Below, piece by piece: positions 57,884 through 64,000 of a DNA stretch of 64,000 bases (the stretch's first letter is position 1; every line of letters starts with the position of its first letter). The notes under the pieces were generated by a model that was not told the DNA's origin, did not search any database, and saw only the letters and a list, made by a program, of their open reading frames with translations. Source of the DNA: Eledone cirrhosa (taxonomy: Eukaryota); NCBI GenBank assembly GCA_964016885.1, contig OZ024745.1, forward strand, positions 129,456,001 to 129,520,000, written 5' to 3'. The translations under genes and the position numbers were made by a program.

Positions 57884-58107
57884 AGTTATCTGCTTCTGAA
57901 GTATGTATACATTCATTTTTTGGGGAAACCATATATATATGTAGATGCACACATAATCACATACTCACATTCTCGTGCATACATACACGTGGATATGTTT
58001 TTCAGAGATTTGATCGCTGAATAGTAGCCTTTTTGTCAATTGCACTAAAACTGAAGCTTCTTTTCTATATATGATTTTACAATTATTATTTGTATAATTA
58101 TTTGTAT

Positions 58108-58484
58108 AGGTGGCGGATTGGCAGTATCAGTAGAGGGTCGGGCACCCGCCATGCTTTGCAGCAAAGAGTTACGGCCCTTTATGGTCTGAGTTCAAATCCC
58201 GCTGAGGTTAACTTTGCCTTTCATCCTTACGGGGTCGATAAAATAAAGTACCAGTAATACACTGGATAATTGCTGGACTTGTGCCAAAAGTAGAAGCAAT
58301 TATTTGTATAGGTGGCTTGGCTGAATCGGTAGAGCGTAGGACATTATGCTTTGTGGCATATAGTTACGACCCTTTACCTACTGAGTTCAAATCCCGCCGA
58401 GGTTAGCTTTGCCTTCATCCTTACAGAGTCGACTTTTCTGTCCCCACAAAATTGTTGGTATTTTGCCTAAATCAGAAACCATTA
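58108..58484 (+). mobile_element. Two tandem SINE S1 copies
   Basis: S1 motifs; both preceded by ATTATTTGTATAGGTGGC. Confidence 0.85.
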
Positions 58485-58774
58485 TAAGACTGAGTCAATG
58501 AAGTAGTAACCTAACAAAAACAACAAGAAAAAAAACAACAACAGAAAACAGCAAATATAATTAGTTCTAATTTAGGCAAAGGCCAGCAATTTTAGGAAAG
58601 GGAAATATTCGATTATATTGATCTCATTAGTTGAATATTACTTTATTCTATCGTTACCTGGAAGGATACCAGTCATGTTTAGGCTACCTCTTGGCAGATA
58701 TCTACCAGCAACCATTACTTGTATGGAAAGGGTAATAGGAGACACAAATATTTGAATGACGCTCGAAATGAAAT

Positions 58775-59055
58775 GCGTGGAAGCATGTGACCTGTTGGTA
58801 ATTCCTTTGGACTTATGATCATGCTGTGGGTTCGCTTTCTGGGCTGGATTGTGAGTTGTGTTCTTGAGCAAAGCACTTTATTTCACGTTTCTCCAGTATA
58901 CTCTGCTTAGAATCAGTAGCAGAAATATCTGGCAGTTTAACCCTGCAATAGACTGGCGTCTTGTTTAGGAGCGATCTCGTACTATCAGCGGCTTCACGCC
59001 ACAAAACCGGTGTAAGTACCGGCCTGGAGAGCTACCAGGCTCAAGACAGACTTTA
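58775..59055 (+). mobile_element. Old CORE-like SINE related to S2
   Basis: TTGTGTTCTTGAGCAAAGCACTTTATTTCACGTT and a degenerate B box. Confidence 0.6.
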
Positions 59056-59171
59056 AGACAGATTTATATTAAATGAAATACACTGTTCAATTGCCTGCAT
59101 TTACAATAGTGTTCACATCCAAATGAGAATAATCTTTAGTATGTAGTATCCTGTGTTCAATAAAATATGCT

Positions 59172-59205
<34 letters not shown>

Positions 59206-60241
59206 CCTATTAGTTAATCGGGTGGCGACGGGGGTGGCACATAGCATTTAGTGGTCAACCTAGGCTGACCGTGATAGGTGTCACTAATACCCAATCTCAA
59301 CCAGCGTATCGATATGTTTGCATTTGTAAATATACTTTAGTTGTAGAAGTGACGCCCGAACGAGTATCCTCCACCACCAACAAACCTACCATCGGCTTAT
59401 GGGTACGGGTAGATAGAATGGAGAATGCATTGCTCCGGAGGAGGGCGAGGGAGATGCGATGAAACAGCTACTCCACCTCACGGGACTCACACCTGCGGGC
59501 AGCCAACTAAGTCCCGAGAGCAGTGAGTAGGTATGTGGTCCGGGGGCCAAGAATGTCGGAAATCTCCATAAACGTAGCTGAGAGCGGCCGATACTTGAAC
59601 AGTTTGCTCTCTTTGGCTTGTCAGGCACCAGGTTTAAACTTGAGTAGGTATCACAACATTTGGCATCCCAGATGAGCGGCCTACCCCCCCGGGACGAGAA
59701 GATTGTCTTGTCAACTGGCCTCTTGCGTCCTCTCTGTCCAGCCCTACTGGCTCGAGCTGGGATAGGAAGCCTGCATAATCCAGGCCATGCTTTGTTGTTT
59801 AAATACTAATATCAGTGTAAACACTGTAAACATCTAAAAATAAAGTAATATTAAATGTTATGTAATGTAATGAAATCCCAAAGGTTAACTTTGCCTTTCA
59901 TTCTTACGGGATCGATTAAATAAAGTACCAGTAATGCACTGGGATAATTACTGGCCTTTTGCTAAAAATAGAAACAGATATTATGTAATATTGTGGTTCT
60001 GTTTTTTATTTTTCTTTGCTGTTGTTTGTCGTGATGAGGCTGCTCTACTGTTACTATTCAACCAGCCTTGTGTCATTTGTATTATTATATTAATATATCC
60101 ACAATATTCCACACATCTAACCACAGCTATTTGTTTTCTTATTAATAGCAATATCAACTCTAATAACCGTCATAATTTCAGTATCAGTAACATATTTACG
60201 TGTAGTCACCCCCCCCCCACACGCACACACACACATATATG

Positions 60242-60308
<67 letters not shown>

Positions 60309-60312
<4 letters not shown>

Positions 60313-60822
60313 GGAAAAGAATGAAACAAAATTTCATTTCTCACTCTTAGTACGGCTGATACCTAAATATATGTATGTATACGTACATACATATATGTGT
60401 ACAGACGCACAGTAGTATGTATATATATACATACATGCACACATATATATATGTACGTATGGGTTTACCGAACATTTATTATAACGTTCGGTTTGTTTGT
60501 AAACAGCCCGAATTACGCCGTACAGTGCTCGGCAACCATCGTCGCCCTTTTGTTCAACACTGCCACAGCAATGATGTACTAGTTTCAAGCTTATTAGCTA
60601 TCGTCAGCATCGTATACCTTTCTGTCAGATGATTGAACGTTTGAAAGTATATACCTTCCTTATGCATATCAACGGCTGAGCAGCCTAATTTGCATATCGA
60701 GTGAGTTAGTCGGCCGGGCGTACCGAAAACGATAAATGGAAAAGAATGAAACAAAACTTCATTTCTCACTCTTAGTACGGCTGATACCTAAATATAAGTA
60801 TGTATATGTACATACATATATG
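60309..60822 (-). mobile_element. Family C subfamily, ~1.2 tandem monomers (425-bp period)
   Basis: AAATGGAAAAGAATGAAAC at 60309 and 60734; collinear homology with 4200-4694. Confidence 0.85.
60571..60613 (-). ncRNA. Type I hammerhead ribozyme (family C subfamily)
   Basis: Minus strand: ACGATG-CTGACGA-T-AGCT-AATA-AGCT-T-GAAAC-TA-GTA-CATCAT; the core differs from the 5110 copy only at the free N7 position. Confidence 0.85.
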
Positions 60823-61303
60823 TTTTGTTTCATAGAATCATTTGATAAAATATATACAGTATTTCCTCTCCCAATCAACATAATTAACCACATAAAAAAA
60901 AAATTAAACGAGGCTATAAGTTTAAAATGCACCTATGAAGAAACAATAGATACATAAATGATAGCTATTCTATTCGCAATCAACAGCCACAGAAGATTTA
61001 CCTAGTATTTCTAATAGCCCGTAGAAATCGATTAGACATATAGCCAACCATACACAATTAGGTACAAAATCAAAGTTAGTAGAAAAAAATGTATATAAAC
61101 ATACCAAAATTATGTCTCTACCCCATGAATTTTCATTCGCTTTTTGGAAATATCCGATCACGGATAAATTCACGAGTTTCTTATATTTTGCTCTGATTGT
61201 TGATTATTTAATTTATTAATTCGTCATTGAGCCACACCGTGAATGGTTGCCAAAAACACATATATATATCTATGGCTCTGTCTAGTTTATGTATATGTAA
61301 ATC

Positions 61304-61344
<41 letters not shown>

Positions 61345-61347
<3 letters not shown>

Positions 61348-61672
61348 CGTTTCTGAATTTGTTTAGCAAGATTCTTTATCTGAAAACGTGTGTTGAAACC
61401 GATATTGTTATACTTTGGGAGGGTCATGTTGCCAATAAGAAACACACGCACCAGTTGCTTTCACTTCAATTTATTATAATAAATTTATAAATTTAGGAAT
61501 TTATAAATTTCCGGTTGGTTGGTTGGTTCCACAACCAGATGGTTGTTTATATATTGTCAAAGTTCTTTCGTCACACATGCTGTGACCTCTTCAGTGACTG
61601 GGGATTCTTTTCTTTGTTTTTTGTGCCTCTCCTTTGTTCTGTCCTACGCCATCTTGTTTTTGCGTGCGTGTT
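61345..61672 (-). mobile_element. Family F insert, uninverted copy
   Basis: Same left end as 33171; (TA)n flanks; contains HHR. Confidence 0.85.
61556..61598 (-). ncRNA. Type I hammerhead ribozyme (family F)
   Basis: Minus strand: GTCA-CTGAAGA-G-GTCACA-GCATG-TGTGAC-GAAAG-AA-CTT-TGAC; helix I GTCA/TGAC, 6-bp helix II, CUU site. Confidence 0.75.
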
Positions 61673-61703
61673 ATATATATATGTATATATATGTATATAT
61701 GTA

Positions 61704-62160
61704 TGAATAGTATATTTGATAATATACTGTATGTTTAATTAAAAGCATTTTAAAGTAGTGAATATGTCACTCACCTATTTTCGGCAAGAGAAAATATACA
61801 TAGAGTATATTATCAAATATACAATACATACATTCATATTTACATCGCTATTTCAGAGCACCAATACTAATATATATATATATATAAAATTTGCTCGTTT
61901 TGGAAGCTTCAACAATGCAGATGGGTAAATCTCCGGGTAACAGAATCCGGTGGTGAAGAGAGAGATGTAAGATGAAATGTAGAATGAGACATATAGTGTG
62001 TAGAGGAACGTAGGAAAGAGCGTAAACATAAGAATAATACCTCATATATATATATATATATATATATGAATGTATATTTGGCAATACACTGTGTGCTTAA
62101 TTAAAAACATTTTGAAGACCTTACGCTATTGTTTTGAAGTAGTGACTATGTCAGTTACTT
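61704..62160. mobile_element. Diverged family A-related fragments (61704-61870, 62068-62160) around an unclassified TA-embedded insert
   Basis: TCGCTATTTCAGAGCA (61845) and AAACATTTTGAAGACCT (62105) match the family A monomer. Confidence 0.6.
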
Positions 62161-62311
62161 CAGGAATCTGGCCCAGATTCCTGATGATTTCTAAAGAATG
62201 AAACAGTTCTAGTCCTGTAGAATCTCATCTATATTAAAACTTTTATACTCTGCTATGTATTGAGTACCTTACTTACTGTGGTTACTTTCGATTCAACCCG
62301 GAATAACTTCC
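62161..62311 (+). mobile_element. Family B insert with HHR-like core
   Basis: CTGATGA-TTTCTAAAGAAT-GAAAC-A-GTT at 62181-62208; homologous to 13946-14150. Confidence 0.75.
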
Positions 62312-62773
62312 TATATATATATATATATATATATATGTTCATGGTGGCAACGATGATGATGATAATGACGATGACGAAGTTGGAGATGATTTCAAAGGCG
62401 TGAACATGTTTATTCTATATTATACAGACTAGTAGAAAGAAAAAAGAATCAGAAATTGTATTAAAATGAAATAGAATAGGTTTATTTAAATATTCTGTGT
62501 GTTTGAATCTAAGAAAAATAACCTTAAAAATAATCCCAAAATGCGAAAATTATGTAAACAAGTATAATATAATAGAAAATTATGAGCAAGTATATATAAC
62601 ATATTCATTTAACTGGTTAATCTCTCTCCGTTTAATTATAATAAGTTCCGCATATAATCAACTAAAAGCTTATTATGTAATGGGAAATGATATACACACC
62701 TACGTTAGATACGTGCTTATGCACACATTTAAATCAACTTTAATGTACACACATTCACTCATATTAATGTCAC

Positions 62774-62808
<35 letters not shown>

Positions 62809-62904
62809 GTTTCTCTCACTGTATCTCCCCCCTCTCTCTCTCCCATATATACGTATGTATATATGTATGAATATATGCCTATATATATATATCCATATAT
62901 ATGC

Positions 62905-62975
<71 letters not shown>

Positions 62976-63486
62976 CACACATATGCACACATAGACACAT
63001 ACACACACACGCATATATTTATATATATATATACGCATACTTGAATATTCAATGAATCTTCAGATATGTGTGCTTATATAACTTTTTATATGCATATTAC
63101 ATATGTGAATTGCCGACAAATATAATTCCACTTGTAAAGCAGGGCATTATGTGACAGGGCAACCAGGAAACGTCTTCTTAAATACTCAACATGCATTAAT
63201 TTAAATGAATTGCAATTAAAATTCCATCTTTCTAAACATACAACCCCCTCTAGCGATAAAAATGTAAAACGAGCTTAGTTTGAACATTTATATCTGCTTA
63301 TACGTATGTTTGTATGTATGTATGTGTGTGTGTGTAAGTATGTGTGTGTGTGTGTATGTATGTGTGTTTGTATGTATGTATGTGTGTATGTATGTGTTTA
63401 TGTAAGTATGTATGTGTGCGTATGTATGTATGTCAGTATATTCGTACATGTGTACTTATTTATGTACGAATATATCTCATTCTCTC

Positions 63487-63565
<79 letters not shown>

Positions 63566-63569
<4 letters not shown>

Positions 63570-63856
63570 AGGGAGAAAGAGACGATTATTAGGAAGAAAC
63601 ATTTTTTTTTTTTCTTTTTTGTTTCTCTCTCTCTTTTTTCTGGGTTAGAAAATGATTAAAACGAAATGTTTTACTTTGTGTGAAGTGTTAAGGTATTAGT
63701 TGACTAAATAATAAATAAATCAACTAATACCTTAACACTTCACACAAAGTAAAACATTTCGTTTTAATCATTTTCTAACCCAGAAAAAAGAGAGAGAGAA
63801 ACAAAAAAGAAAAAAAAAAATTTTTCTTCCTAATAATCGTCTCTTTCTCCCTGTTT
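63566..63856. repeat. Near-perfect ~138-bp-arm palindrome in (TA)n, family K
   Basis: 63566-63703 is the reverse complement of 63720-63856; 16-nt spacer. Confidence 0.9.
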
Positions 63857-63904
63857 ATATATATATATATATATATCCTAACTCGTGTGCTTCCTCTCCA
63901 CATT

Positions 63905-63973
<69 letters not shown>

Positions 63974-64000
63974 GGGCAAAACTAACAGGTGTATATATAT

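Overview
AT-rich eukaryotic intergenic or intronic DNA, probably from an octopus or other coleoid cephalopod. That assignment is inference from the SINE families and the extreme (TA)n load. No host protein-coding exon can be supported, and almost all ORFs in the track are microsatellite artefacts ([12 protein letters not shown]). Recognisable elements are: about 35 copies of a tRNA-derived SINE; a second (TA)n-embedded CORE-like SINE; a CR1/L2-group LINE with an uninterrupted ~1000-codon APE-RT frame (29188-32190, minus); a decayed L1/Tx1 LINE (19758-22730); RTE and CR1 fragments; a decayed Penelope-like GIY-YIG endonuclease (47190-47660); and piggyBac and Tc1/mariner MITEs. The main hidden signal is at least ten families of short non-coding inserts sitting inside (TA)n tracts. 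Many carry type I hammerhead ribozymes (HHRs) whose helices covary between families, and many are integrated head-to-head with both RNA 3' ends pointing outward into the TA tract. Two loci (4200-5485 and 11861-12656) share the same layout: one inverted full monomer plus about 1.5 circularly permuted tandem monomers. This is what twin-primed, rolling-circle reverse transcription of a ribozyme-generated circular RNA would leave (retrozyme/Penelope pLTR-like system). All folds were paired by eye and no activity is demonstrated.
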